Below are positions 43,123 to 52,121 of a DNA stretch of 64,000 nucleotides, in pieces. Location of the stretch: NCBI GenBank assembly GCA_964550855.1, contig CAZKBQ010000009.1, positions 6,009 to 70,008 on the forward strand, written 5' to 3'. Both the position numbers and the translations under genes were made by a program. Positions within the stretch are counted from its first letter, which is position 1. Each line of letters opens with the position of its first letter. The notes under the pieces are model-generated. The model ran no database searches, had not been told where the DNA came from, and saw nothing but the letters and a program-made list of their open reading frames with translations. Origin of the DNA: an uncultured Anaerolineae bacterium. GTDB taxonomy: Bacteria > Chloroflexota > Anaerolineae > Fen-1058.

Positions 43123-44520
43123 ATGACTAAGTTGAGCCGTATTGTCCTCGCGTTGGTTCTCATCGCCGGTGTTGTGACCGCCTGTATGCCGCAACCGGCC
43201 GCCGCGCCGATGCCCACAGTTGCGCCCACGGCTGCCTCCCAGCCCACGCCCGACTCGGCCACGGCGCAGGATGCCATTGCCGCTACCAATCAATTGATCG
43301 GCCAGCTGGCTGCCGGCGACTACGCCGCGGCTGTCAGCCGCTTCGACGCCGACATGCTGGCGGCCCTGCCCGAAGCCAAGCTGAAGCAGGCGTGGGAGAG
43401 TCTCTCGCCGCAGTTTGGCGCTTATAAGGGCACCGTGGCCATTCAGCCGGCCGGCCGCAAAGATGCCTATGACATCGTGGTGGCCACGCTGGAGTTTGAG
43501 AAGGGCCGGCTGGGGTTGCGCGTCAGCGTCAACTCGGACACCGGCCAGATTGGCGGGTTGTTCTTCACCGCGGCCGATCAGCCTCCGGCGGCAGCCTACG
43601 AGCCGCCGGCCTACGTTGATACGAACAAATTCGTAGAACGTGACGTGACGGTGGGGGACGGCAGCAAGTGGGCGCTGCCCGGCACCCTGACCACGCCGAA
43701 GGGCGACGGCCCGTTTCCGGCAGTGGTGCTGGTGCACGGTTCAGGGGCCAACGATCGAGACGAAACAATCGGGCCGAATAAGCCCTTCAAAGACATTACC
43801 TGGGGGCTGGCATCGCAGGGCATCGCCGTGCTGCGCTATGATAAACGCACCAAGGTATACGGCGACAAGATCGCGCTGCTCGATCAGTTCACGGTGAAGG
43901 AAGAATCCATCGACGATGCGGCCGCCGCGGTGGAACTGCTGAAGCAAACGCCGAACATCGATCCACAGCGGGTGTATGTGCTGGGGCACAGTCTGGGTGG
44001 TTACCTGGCGCCGCGCATCGCGCAGGCCCGACCGGATATAGCCGGCCTCATCGTGCTGGCCGGCCTGACGCGCCCCATCGAAGATGCGATGCTGGAGCAG
44101 GTGACGTACCTCTTCTCGCTCAACGGCACGTCAAACGCCGAGCAGCTGGCTGAGCTCAAAAAGCAGGTGGAAGCGGTCAAGGCCGTGTCTGCCGCCGAGG
44201 CCGCAGCTGGCACCCAGCTGCTCAATGCGCCTGCCTCATACTGGTTTGATTTGAAGGACTATCACCCCGCCGAGATGGCGCGCACTCAGACCGTGCCGAT
44301 GCTGATCCTGCAAGGTGAGCGCGATTATCAGGTAACGATGGTGGATTTTGAGAATTGGCGGGCAGCGCTGTCGGCGCGCAGCGATGTGCAATTCAAGTCG
44401 TATCCTGATCTCAACCATCTGTTCATCACGGGCGAGGGCAAGAGCCGTCCCGAAGAATATCAGCAGCCCGGCCACGTGGCGCAGGCCGTCGTCGACGACA
44501 TCGCGGCGTGGGTGAAGTAG
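43123..44520 (+). CDS. Lipoprotein alpha/beta hydrolase with N-terminal DUF3887-like domain
   Basis: 465 aa. Lipobox LIAGVVTAC. N-domain GDYAAAVSRFDADMLAALP. Hydrolase core LVHGSGANDRDE, nucleophile elbow GHSLGG, and a C-terminal DLNHLF His. Confidence 0.85.
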   Translation: MTKLSRIVLALVLIAGVVTACMPQPAAAPMPTVAPTAASQPTPDSATAQDAIAATNQLIGQLAAGDYAAAVSRFDADMLAALPEAKLKQAWESLSPQFGAYKGTVAIQPAGRKDAYDIVVATLEFEKGRLGLRVSVNSDTGQIGGLFFTAADQPPAAAYEPPAYVDTNKFVERDVTVGDGSKWALPGTLTTPKGDGPFPAVVLVHGSGANDRDETIGPNKPFKDITWGLASQGIAVLRYDKRTKVYGDKIALLDQFTVKEESIDDAAAAVELLKQTPNIDPQRVYVLGHSLGGYLAPRIAQARPDIAGLIVLAGLTRPIEDAMLEQVTYLFSLNGTSNAEQLAELKKQVEAVKAVSAAEAAAGTQLLNAPASYWFDLKDYHPAEMARTQTVPMLILQGERDYQVTMVDFENWRAALSARSDVQFKSYPDLNHLFITGEGKSRPEEYQQPGHVAQAVVDDIAAWVK

Positions 44521-44553
44521 GGTTGGCCGGCCGTCGACCCGCGCCGTCATACG

Positions 44554-44595
44554 ACGTATTACGTATTGCGTATTACGTAAGGCGTGATACGCATC
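44554..44595. repeat. Tandem heptanucleotide array (RCGTATT x6)
   Basis: ACGTATT ACGTATT GCGTATT ACGTAAG GCGTGAT ACGCATC. It shares the exact 14-mer ACGTATTGCGTATT with the array at 17779-17841. It lies directly upstream of the ABC ATPase RBS. Confidence 0.85.
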
Positions 44596-44607
44596 CAGCG
44601 AGGACAC

Positions 44608-45537
44608 ATGATCCGCACCGAAGGTTTGACAAAAGAATTTCAGGGCGACAAGCGCACCGGCCGCATTCAGGCCGTGAAGGATCTGACGCTAGACATTCAG
44701 CGCGGCGAGGTGTTCGGTTTTCTGGGGCCGAACGGCGCGGGCAAGACGACCACCGTCCGCATGCTGGCGGCCTTAATCGCGCCGAGTGCCGGTCAGGCCT
44801 GGGTGAATGATCTCGAAGTCGGCAAGGACGATCAGGCCATCCGCGCCTCGATCGGCATTCTCACCGAACAGCCCGGCATGTACGATCGGCTGAGCGCCGA
44901 AAAGAACCTGACGATCTATGCGCGGCTGTACGGCGTAAAGGACGCGCCCGGCCAGGTGGAGAAGTATCTGCGCATGTTGGGGTTGTGGGAACGCCGGCGC
45001 GATCCGGCCGGATCGTTCAGCAAGGGCATGAAGCAGAAACTGGCCATCGCCCGCGCCATCCTGCACGAGCCGCGCACGGTGTTTCTGGATGAGCCGACAG
45101 CCGGGCTGGACCCGGAAGCGGCCAAACTGGTGCGCGAATTCATCGAGGAGTTGAAGACCGAAGGGCGCACCATTTTCCTGTGCACGCATAATCTGGACGA
45201 AGCCGATCGGTTGTGCGACCGCATCGCCGTGTTCAAGCAGCACCTCATCCGGGTGGATTCACCCGCCCGCCTGCGCGCAGCAGTGTTTGGCCGCACCATC
45301 GAATTTCGCCTGCGCGGGCTGACCCCGGCCATGACTGACAGCCTGAAACAGTTTGAGTTTGCCAGGTCGGTCGAGGTCGACAACGGCGCGCTGCGCGTGG
45401 GGCTGGACGATCCTGATTCGCAGAATCCGCTGATCGTGAAGGCGCTGGTGGAAGCGGGCGCTGAAGTGCAGTACGTCAGCGAAGTGCGCCATTCGCTGGA
45501 AGACGTGTACCTGTCGCTGATTAACGGGCAGAATTGA
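44608..45537 (+). CDS. ABC transporter ATP-binding protein (ABC-2 / DrrA-NatA-like subfamily)
   Basis: 309 aa from ATG 44608 (RBS GAGGAC). Walker A GPNGAGKTT, signature FSKGMKQKL, Walker B VFLDEPTAGLD. Confidence 0.9.
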   Translation: MIRTEGLTKEFQGDKRTGRIQAVKDLTLDIQRGEVFGFLGPNGAGKTTTVRMLAALIAPSAGQAWVNDLEVGKDDQAIRASIGILTEQPGMYDRLSAEKNLTIYARLYGVKDAPGQVEKYLRMLGLWERRRDPAGSFSKGMKQKLAIARAILHEPRTVFLDEPTAGLDPEAAKLVREFIEELKTEGRTIFLCTHNLDEADRLCDRIAVFKQHLIRVDSPARLRAAVFGRTIEFRLRGLTPAMTDSLKQFEFARSVEVDNGALRVGLDDPDSQNPLIVKALVEAGAEVQYVSEVRHSLEDVYLSLINGQN

Positions 45538-45547
45538 GAGGATCGCC

Positions 45548-46333
45548 ATGCGCATTCGAACCATCATCGACAAAGAGTGGGCCGAAGTCTTCAAGAACAA
45601 GCTGGTGCTGAGCGTGGTGCTGGCCATGCCGTTGATATTCATGGTCATGCCGCTGGTGCAGCTGGCCGTCACGCGCGACATCCCAGCCAGCCAAACCCAC
45701 AATATGCCGGGCAACATCGAAGCGCTGTGTCAGGCACAAAATCTGACCGACGTGGAATGCGTGCAGGGCTTCCTCGTCAATCAGTTCATGCTGTTGTTCC
45801 TGCTGCTGCCGCTGGCTATTCCGGTGACCATCGCCTCATACAGCATTGTGGGCGAAAAAGCCACGCGGTCGCTGGAGCCGCTGCTGGCCACGCCCACTTC
45901 CACCGCCGAGATCATCCTGGGCAAAGGGTTGGCCGCCGCGCTGCCGGCCGTTGTCGCCACCTGGTTGTCGTTTGCCATTTACATGGTGGCGGCGCGCTTC
46001 CTGGTGGTCAGCGACCGGGTGTACGCAGCCATCACCAACCCCATGTGGCTGGTGGGCATGATCTTCGTGGCGCCGCTGCTGTGTGTGCTGGCCGTGATGG
46101 TGGCCGTCATCATCTCGTCGCGCGTCAACGATCCGCGCGCCGCCGAGCAGCTGGGCTTTGTCGTGATGCTGCCCATTCTGGCGCTGTTCTTCGGCCAGAT
46201 CTTCGGCGTCATCGCCTTGAACACGGCCAGCATGGCGCTGTTCGGCGTGGTGATGCTGGCGGTCGATGCGGCATTGGTGGCCGTGGCCGTCAGACTGTTC
46301 AGGCGCGAGACCATTCTGACCCAGTGGAAGTGA
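45548..46333 (+). CDS. ABC-2 type transporter permease
   Basis: 261 aa with six hydrophobic helices. The start lies 10 nt after the ATPase stop. The N-terminal KEWAEVFKNK is typical of ABC-2 permeases. Confidence 0.8.
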   Translation: MRIRTIIDKEWAEVFKNKLVLSVVLAMPLIFMVMPLVQLAVTRDIPASQTHNMPGNIEALCQAQNLTDVECVQGFLVNQFMLLFLLLPLAIPVTIASYSIVGEKATRSLEPLLATPTSTAEIILGKGLAAALPAVVATWLSFAIYMVAARFLVVSDRVYAAITNPMWLVGMIFVAPLLCVLAVMVAVIISSRVNDPRAAEQLGFVVMLPILALFFGQIFGVIALNTASMALFGVVMLAVDAALVAVAVRLFRRETILTQWK

Positions 46334-46374
46334 TCGGCGGCCGGGCGCGATTGCCTTTTGAATTCGGAAATGCT

Positions 46375-46400
46375 AAACTAGCGGCACGCGCCGCTAGTTT
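46375..46400 (+). terminator. Hairpin after the ABC-2 operon
   Basis: 11-bp perfect stem AAACTAGCGGC / GCCGCTAGTTT with the 4-nt loop ACGC. Confidence 0.6.
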
Positions 46401-46436
46401 GCTGTGTGGCGCCGGTTACTGTGCAAGGAGACACCG

Positions 46437-47129
46437 ATGTCTGCCATTCCGCCCGACCAACCCAACGCCGCAGCCGGTGCTGCGCCTGCCCCGGCGCCCA
46501 GCGCGGTTGTGCCTGCTCCGCCTCCGCCGCCTGCAACTGTCATCTATGCCGCGCCGGCCAGCCCGCCGCCGGTCAGTCGCCCCCGGCGCTTCTGGAACGC
46601 CGTCAAGAACATCTCGCTGCTCGTATCGATGATCGTCAACCTGGTCCTCATCATCGTGGTCGTGATCCTGCTGAGCCAGGTGGGCAACATCAAGCTGACG
46701 CTGGCGAGTGTGCTGGGCCAGCTGGACTCCGCCTTTGAGGGGCTGGGCGCCTCCACCATTGAGGATTCCATTGCCATCAGTCAGCAGGTGCCGGTGAACT
46801 TTACCCTGCCGCTCGACCAGGACACGACGGTGGTGACCACCGGGCCGGTGCCCATCAACGTGCCGGCCACTTTCTCGCTGGGGCCATATGGCACCATCAA
46901 CGGCATCGTCAGCCTGCAGCTGGCGCCCGGCACGGCGCTGCCGGTGCACATCGCCATGAACGTGCCGGTCAGCAACTCCATCCCGGTGGTCTTCACACAA
47001 CCGATCGCGATCCCGCTGGCCGATAAGGGCCTGAGGCCGGTCGTGGAGAAGCTGCGCAGCGCCATCGGGCCGCTCATCACCCTGGTGCAGGACCTGCCCG
47101 ACCGCTTTGTCATCTTCGGCTTCCAATAG
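46437..47129 (+). CDS. Hypothetical membrane-anchored protein with Pro/Ala-rich N-terminus
   Basis: 230 aa from ATG 46437, behind the AAGGAG RBS (46425-46430). A PA-rich cytoplasmic head, one TM helix (ISLLVSMIVNLVLIIVVVILL) and a beta-rich ectodomain. I recognise no family. Confidence 0.65.
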   Translation: MSAIPPDQPNAAAGAAPAPAPSAVVPAPPPPPATVIYAAPASPPPVSRPRRFWNAVKNISLLVSMIVNLVLIIVVVILLSQVGNIKLTLASVLGQLDSAFEGLGASTIEDSIAISQQVPVNFTLPLDQDTTVVTTGPVPINVPATFSLGPYGTINGIVSLQLAPGTALPVHIAMNVPVSNSIPVVFTQPIAIPLADKGLRPVVEKLRSAIGPLITLVQDLPDRFVIFGFQ

Positions 47130-47139
47130 CCGCGGGGAC

Positions 47140-47153
47140 GTTTCACGTGAAAC
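47140..47153. promoter_or_regulatory. Perfect 14-bp palindrome GTTTCACGTGAAAC (candidate operator)
   Basis: The palindrome is perfect by direct reading. It lies 11 nt after the stop at 47129 and 56 nt before ATG 47209. It is too short for a stable terminator (5-bp stem at best). Confidence 0.35.
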
Positions 47154-47208
47154 CCCGACGTGCCCGCCTGTCCGATCGAGCCATTCATCGGCTTAATTGA
47201 GGTGCCCC

Positions 47209-48363
47209 ATGTCCGACCTGCGCCGCATCTGCACCGACCTGCAGCCCCAAACTCTGACCCTGCTCAAAGCGCTGTGCGCCATCGAGTCGCCGTCTGACAA
47301 CCCGGCCGCCGTGGACGCCTGCGCCGCGGTCGTCGCCGACCGGTTTCGCGCTTTGGGGGCAGTGGTCCAATCTTTGCCGGCGGCCGGCGGCCGGACGCAT
47401 CTGTCAGCCGATTGGGCAGGCGAGCCAGCCGGCCACCGCGCCGCCGACGAGCGCCCGTTCCTGGCGGTGTGCCATCTGGACACGGTCTGGCCGATCGGCA
47501 CGCTGGCGCACATGCCGCTGCGCGAAGCCGAGGGCAAGCTGTTCGGCCCCGGCGTCTACGACATGAAATCCGGCGTCGCCATCCTGTGGGCGGCACTGCG
47601 CGCCCTGCAAATCGCCGGGCAAGCCCCGCGCCGCCCGGTGCGTATGCTGTTCACCGCCGATGAAGAGCTCGGCAGCCCCACCTCACGCGCCCTCATCGAG
47701 GCCGAGGCGCCGCGTGCCGCGTTGGTGCTGGTGCTGGAACCCGCCATGGCCGGCGGCCAGCTGAAGACCTTCCGCAAGGGCGTGGGCGAATTCCACATCA
47801 TCGCCCACGGCCGCTCGGCGCACGCCGGTGTCGATCACCAGAAGGGCATTAACGCCATCGAGGAACTCGCCCACCACATCGTGCGCCTGCAGCAGTTAAC
47901 CGACTACTCGCAGGGCACCACCGTCAACGTGGGCACCATCACTGGCGGCTCGGCCGGCAATGTGGTGCCAGATCGGGCTGAGATGACCGTGGACTTTCGC
48001 GTGTCACGCATGAGCGAGATCGATCGCATCGTGCCGGCCATCGCCGGTCTGCAGCCGGTGGTGCCGGGGGCGCGGCTGGAGATAACCGGCGGGCTGAACC
48101 GTCCGCCGATGGAGCGAACGGCGACCATGGCGGCCACCTTTGAACGGGTGCGCCAGATCGGGCAGGGCATCGGGCTGCAGCTGGAGGAAGGCGCCACCGG
48201 CGGCGCCAGTGACGGTAATTTCACCGCCGCGCTGGGCATTCCCACACTGGACGGGCTGGGCGCACGCGGCGACGGCGCGCACGCCGTCCACGAGCACATT
48301 GTCATCGACAGCCTGGCCGAGCGCGCGGCCCTGCTGGCCGCCATCTTCACAGAATGGGACTGA
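47209..48363 (+). CDS. M20 family metallopeptidase (carboxypeptidase G2 / glutamate carboxypeptidase-like)
   Basis: 384 aa from ATG 47209. CHLDTVWP, GPGVYDMKSG, TADEELGS and the dimerisation-domain pattern. Confidence 0.9.
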   Translation: MSDLRRICTDLQPQTLTLLKALCAIESPSDNPAAVDACAAVVADRFRALGAVVQSLPAAGGRTHLSADWAGEPAGHRAADERPFLAVCHLDTVWPIGTLAHMPLREAEGKLFGPGVYDMKSGVAILWAALRALQIAGQAPRRPVRMLFTADEELGSPTSRALIEAEAPRAALVLVLEPAMAGGQLKTFRKGVGEFHIIAHGRSAHAGVDHQKGINAIEELAHHIVRLQQLTDYSQGTTVNVGTITGGSAGNVVPDRAEMTVDFRVSRMSEIDRIVPAIAGLQPVVPGARLEITGGLNRPPMERTATMAATFERVRQIGQGIGLQLEEGATGGASDGNFTAALGIPTLDGLGARGDGAHAVHEHIVIDSLAERAALLAAIFTEWD

Positions 48364-48366
48364 GCG

Positions 48367-49746
48367 TCACGGCGCGGACTTAAAGGCGGCCACAGCCCGC
48401 TGCAGGGCATCAACCGTCAGGATGCTGGAGGCGCGCTCGAGGAAGTCACGGATCGTCGGGCTGTAATAGCGCAGCGCCACCACATTCGGCCCCACCGGAT
48501 CACTGCCCGAAGCGCCGGGCTGGTCGGCATAGGCGCCGTAAAACGCAAAATAAGCCTGATTCAACTTGCGAATGCCGTATCCCTGGCTGTTGATATATTG
48601 CCGCCGCTGCTCCATGTAAGTCTCGGCCGCCTTAATGCGTTCATCCGCCTCCGATTGTTTCCCCTGCGCCTCAAGGTCCCGCGCCTGCGCCAGCAACCGA
48701 TCCACTTCCACCCGCGTCTCGTGCATGGCCCGACTGAAACTAAACGCACCCGGTTCGGGCGCGGGCGAAGTCTGCGGCGACGGCGGCACAGGCAAGGCGG
48801 GCGGCCTGGGCTCAACCTGGTCGGGATGGGTGCGCTTCAGTTCATCCAGATAGAAACGCCTCATCACCTTCAGGCCGATCTCATCGCCAAAGATCGACGC
48901 CACCGTCTCGTTGATGGTGCGGGCGTCGGGTGTGTTCGGGTCGACGTAGGCCAGCCCCAACGGACGGAAGTACAACCAGTGGTGCGACCATTCGTGTGAG
49001 ATGGTCTGCACCAAAAAGAGCAGATCGGTCGTTTCCAGAATCATCGACGGATAATCGGCCAGCCCCCCGATGGGCACCACCAGCGCCGAATGATTCGTCT
49101 CGCTCAACACGCGCGCCTCAATCGTTTCCGCCTGATCGACGCTCAACCCGGTTTGCAAACCGTCGCTCGTCACGCGCCGGATGTCGTCGCGCGGCGAGAC
49201 GATGAGCACGTAAGGCAGCGGCGTGATGCGGGCCGCCACCGGCGGCAGCACTTCGCCGCCTACGCCAAAGCCCTCGTCGTCCAACACAGCCGCCACCTGC
49301 TGCTGAAGAATCGCCTCGGCTGTGGGCCGGCGGCGCTCCACCTCGGCGCGTACGGCGTCACGCTGCGCGCGCAGTTCGGCCGAAGCGCCGGCCGGATCAG
49401 TTTGCGCGGCGTCGATGTAAATACGGCGCACCTGCTCTTCCAGGTCCCAATACTTGCGCGTCAGACTCATAAAGTCCAGCACGAACTGACGCTGTTGATC
49501 CGCGTTCAGATAATCCTGCACCGGCACCGCCAGCTGCGCGCCCTTTTCCAGCCACGCCCCCAGCGTCCATTGCATAAAGTCAAAGTGCTCCGCGCCGACG
49601 ATCAGCCCTACGCGCGTTTCAAGGTCGCCGGGCGGGCGGTATTCCTGTTGAAGCATAAGCGCCAGTGTGGCGAAGAAAGTGGCATACAACACCACCAGCC
49701 CTGTCTGGCGGGCGGCGAGGCGAAGACGATTAAAGCGAGTGGGCAC
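48367..49746 (-). CDS. Membrane-anchored hypothetical protein with HExxH motif (putative zinc metalloprotease)
   Basis: 459 aa with a GTG start and an N-terminal TM helix. TISHEWSHHW (HExxH) is followed by INETVASIFGDE (candidate third ligand). I recognise no named family. Confidence 0.7.
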   Translation of the reverse strand: MPTRFNRLRLAARQTGLVVLYATFFATLALMLQQEYRPPGDLETRVGLIVGAEHFDFMQWTLGAWLEKGAQLAVPVQDYLNADQQRQFVLDFMSLTRKYWDLEEQVRRIYIDAAQTDPAGASAELRAQRDAVRAEVERRRPTAEAILQQQVAAVLDDEGFGVGGEVLPPVAARITPLPYVLIVSPRDDIRRVTSDGLQTGLSVDQAETIEARVLSETNHSALVVPIGGLADYPSMILETTDLLFLVQTISHEWSHHWLYFRPLGLAYVDPNTPDARTINETVASIFGDEIGLKVMRRFYLDELKRTHPDQVEPRPPALPVPPSPQTSPAPEPGAFSFSRAMHETRVEVDRLLAQARDLEAQGKQSEADERIKAAETYMEQRRQYINSQGYGIRKLNQAYFAFYGAYADQPGASGSDPVGPNVVALRYYSPTIRDFLERASSILTVDALQRAVAAFKSAP

Positions 49747-49889
49747 GGTTCATCTCGATCGGGCAACCAAGTTTTGCCGATTATACCCCACCCGATCGAT
49801 CCTCTACCTGTCACAGCTTGTCATTTGTCAGATTGGCCTTCACCATCCGTGCTATAATCGCCATCCAGATTGGGGACAGGACTGATGCC

Positions 49890-50864
49890 ATGCGCTTTCT
49901 CATCACCGGCGGCGCGGGATTCTTGGGGGCGGCGCTAGCCAATCGGCTGGTGAAGCAGGGCCATGTCGTACGCGTGCTGGACGATCTCACCAGCGGCGAT
50001 CCCGCCCGGCTCGATCCGGCGGTTCTCTTCACGCGCGGCGACGTGGCTGATGTGCCCAAATTGTGGACACTGCTCCAGGATGTGGACTGCGTTTACCACC
50101 TGGCTGCGCGCGTCTCGGTGCCGGAATCGATCCTGTATCCGCGCGAGTACAACACCGTGAATGTCGGCGGCACCGTGGCGGTGATGGAAGCCATCCGGGA
50201 CGCGGGCGTCAAGCGCGTGGTGCTGGCCTCGTCGGGCGCGGTGTACGGCGCGCAGGACCAACAACCCGTGCACGAGGGACTGCCGCCGCATCCCGATTCA
50301 CCTTATGCCGTCAGCAAGCTGGCCGCCGAGCACTACGTGCACACCATCGGCGCGTTGTGGAAGATCGAGACGGTGAGTCTGCGCATCTTCAACGCTTACG
50401 GGCCGGGTCAGCAGCTGCCGCCGTCGCACGCACCCGCGATTCCGCAGTTTCTAAAGCAGGCGCTGACCGACGGCTCGCTGGTGGCGTTTGGCGACGGCCG
50501 GCAAACCCGCGACTTTGTCTATGTGGACGATGTCGTTAACGCGCTGGAGGCCGCTGCAACGGCGCGCAACGTCAACCGCGAGATCATCAACATCGGCGGC
50601 GGTGCCGAAACCTCGATCGACCAGTTGATCGAGCTGATCGGCCGCGTCACACAGACGCCGCTGCTGCCGCTGCGCAACCCCAGCGGCGGCGGCGTCTCGC
50701 GGCTCTGGGCCAATATCGACAAGGCCCGCCGGCTGCTGGGCTATTCGCCCGGCGTGACGCTGGACGAGGGGCTGCGCCTGACCCTGAGCCACGACGCGCG
50801 CTTCAGCGCGCTGCTTGCCAGCGCGGCGGCCCGCCGTGAAAAGCGGCCGGCCGCCGTCCGATAG
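49890..50864 (+). CDS. NAD-dependent nucleotide-sugar epimerase (UDP-glucose 4-epimerase-like SDR)
   Basis: 324 aa from ATG 49890 (MRFLITGGAGFLGAAL). SPYAVSK catalytic Tyr-x3-Lys. Confidence 0.9.
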   Translation: MRFLITGGAGFLGAALANRLVKQGHVVRVLDDLTSGDPARLDPAVLFTRGDVADVPKLWTLLQDVDCVYHLAARVSVPESILYPREYNTVNVGGTVAVMEAIRDAGVKRVVLASSGAVYGAQDQQPVHEGLPPHPDSPYAVSKLAAEHYVHTIGALWKIETVSLRIFNAYGPGQQLPPSHAPAIPQFLKQALTDGSLVAFGDGRQTRDFVYVDDVVNALEAAATARNVNREIINIGGGAETSIDQLIELIGRVTQTPLLPLRNPSGGGVSRLWANIDKARRLLGYSPGVTLDEGLRLTLSHDARFSALLASAAARREKRPAAVR

Positions 50865-50884
50865 GCGGGCCAAGCGAGTACGAC

Positions 50885-51343
50885 ATGACGCGTATCACCG
50901 AATCGCAACGGGCCGAAGTGGCCGCCTTCCTCAAGCGCCACACCACCCTCTCCCTCGCCACCGTCGATCGCGACGGCTGGGCGCAGAACGCCAACCTGTT
51001 CTACGTGAACGACGACGCGCTAAACCTGTTCTGGGTATCGGGCGAGAAGAGCCGCCACTCACAAAACCTGGCGCGCGTCAGCCGCGTGGCGGTGACGATC
51101 TGTCATGAGACGTGGGACTGGCGCGACATTCATGGCGTGCAGATCGAAGGGGTGGCACGCCGCCTGATCGACCCCGATGAAACCGATCGGGCCTGGGCGA
51201 TCTTCCGTGACAAGTTTCCGTTCACAGCCGAATTCACGGATCAGATCGCGCGCAGCGCTTTCTATACGCTTAAGCCGCAGTGGATCCGTCTGATCGACAA
51301 CTCGAAGTATTTCGGGCATCGCGAAGAGTTTACGCTACCGTGA
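50885..51343 (+). CDS. Pyridoxamine 5-prime-phosphate oxidase-like FMN-binding split-barrel protein
   Basis: 152 aa. LSLATVDRDGWAQNANLFYV...LFWVSGEKSRHSQNL pattern. Confidence 0.75.
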   Translation: MTRITESQRAEVAAFLKRHTTLSLATVDRDGWAQNANLFYVNDDALNLFWVSGEKSRHSQNLARVSRVAVTICHETWDWRDIHGVQIEGVARRLIDPDETDRAWAIFRDKFPFTAEFTDQIARSAFYTLKPQWIRLIDNSKYFGHREEFTLP

Positions 51344-52101
51344 CTTCCCACTCCGCCGATCATCCCGTCGTCTCGGACAAAGCCGCGCTGCGCGGCGAGC
51401 CGTCCAAAGTGTGGCGTTACGGCCAGACCCGTCGCCTGGACATGATCGTTGGCGCGCTGCCCATCGATGCGCGCCGTGTCCTGGTGGACGGCTGCGGTTT
51501 TGGCCTGTACGTGCGCCATCTGGCCGAGCTGGGCTATCACACCCTGGGACTGGACATCGATTTTGAGCGCGTGCGCGAGGGCAGTCGGGCCGGCGTGGAG
51601 CTGCTGCACGTGGCGGCCGGTGAGCATCTGCCGTATCCCGACGGCACGTTCGATGCCGTCCTTTCGCACGAAGTGATCGAGCACGTGGCCGACGACCGCC
51701 TGGCCGCGCGCGAGATGCTGCGCGTACTGCGACCCGGCGGTCGCGTCATCTTGTTCTGCCCCAATCGGCTGTATCCATTTGAGACGCACGGCCACTACTG
51801 GCGCGGTCAGTATCATTTTGGCAATACGCCGCTCATCAACTACTTGCCCGACGGACTGCGCAACCGCTTTGCGCCGCATGTGCGCGCTTATACGCGCGGC
51901 GGCCTGCGCCGCTTGTTCCGCGATCCAACGGCGCGTGTCATTATGCACACGCAGATTTATCCGGGCTACGACAACATTGTCGCACGGCGGCCGGCGTTGG
52001 GCCGGGCTTTGCGCGTCATCACGTATGCGTTTGAACACACGCCGCTGCGCAGCCTGGGCCTGTCACACTTCCTCGTCGTCGAAAAACTGCCGGCGCCGTA
52101 G
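51340..52101 (+). CDS. Class I SAM-dependent methyltransferase
   Basis: 253 aa from GTG 51340, overlapping the previous stop (GTGA). Motif I VLVDGCGFG, then LGLDID and LRPGGRVILFCPN. Confidence 0.85.
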   Translation: MTSHSADHPVVSDKAALRGEPSKVWRYGQTRRLDMIVGALPIDARRVLVDGCGFGLYVRHLAELGYHTLGLDIDFERVREGSRAGVELLHVAAGEHLPYPDGTFDAVLSHEVIEHVADDRLAAREMLRVLRPGGRVILFCPNRLYPFETHGHYWRGQYHFGNTPLINYLPDGLRNRFAPHVRAYTRGGLRRLFRDPTARVIMHTQIYPGYDNIVARRPALGRALRVITYAFEHTPLRSLGLSHFLVVEKLPAP

Positions 52102-52121
52102 GCGCGCCGCAAGCCGCGTCA

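Noticed and set aside
45577-46632. 351-aa alternative-frame ORF overlapping the ABC-2 permease and the downstream spacer
   Set aside because: The Arg/Gly/Ala-rich out-of-frame translation runs through a terminator hairpin. The permease frame gives six clean hydrophobic helices.
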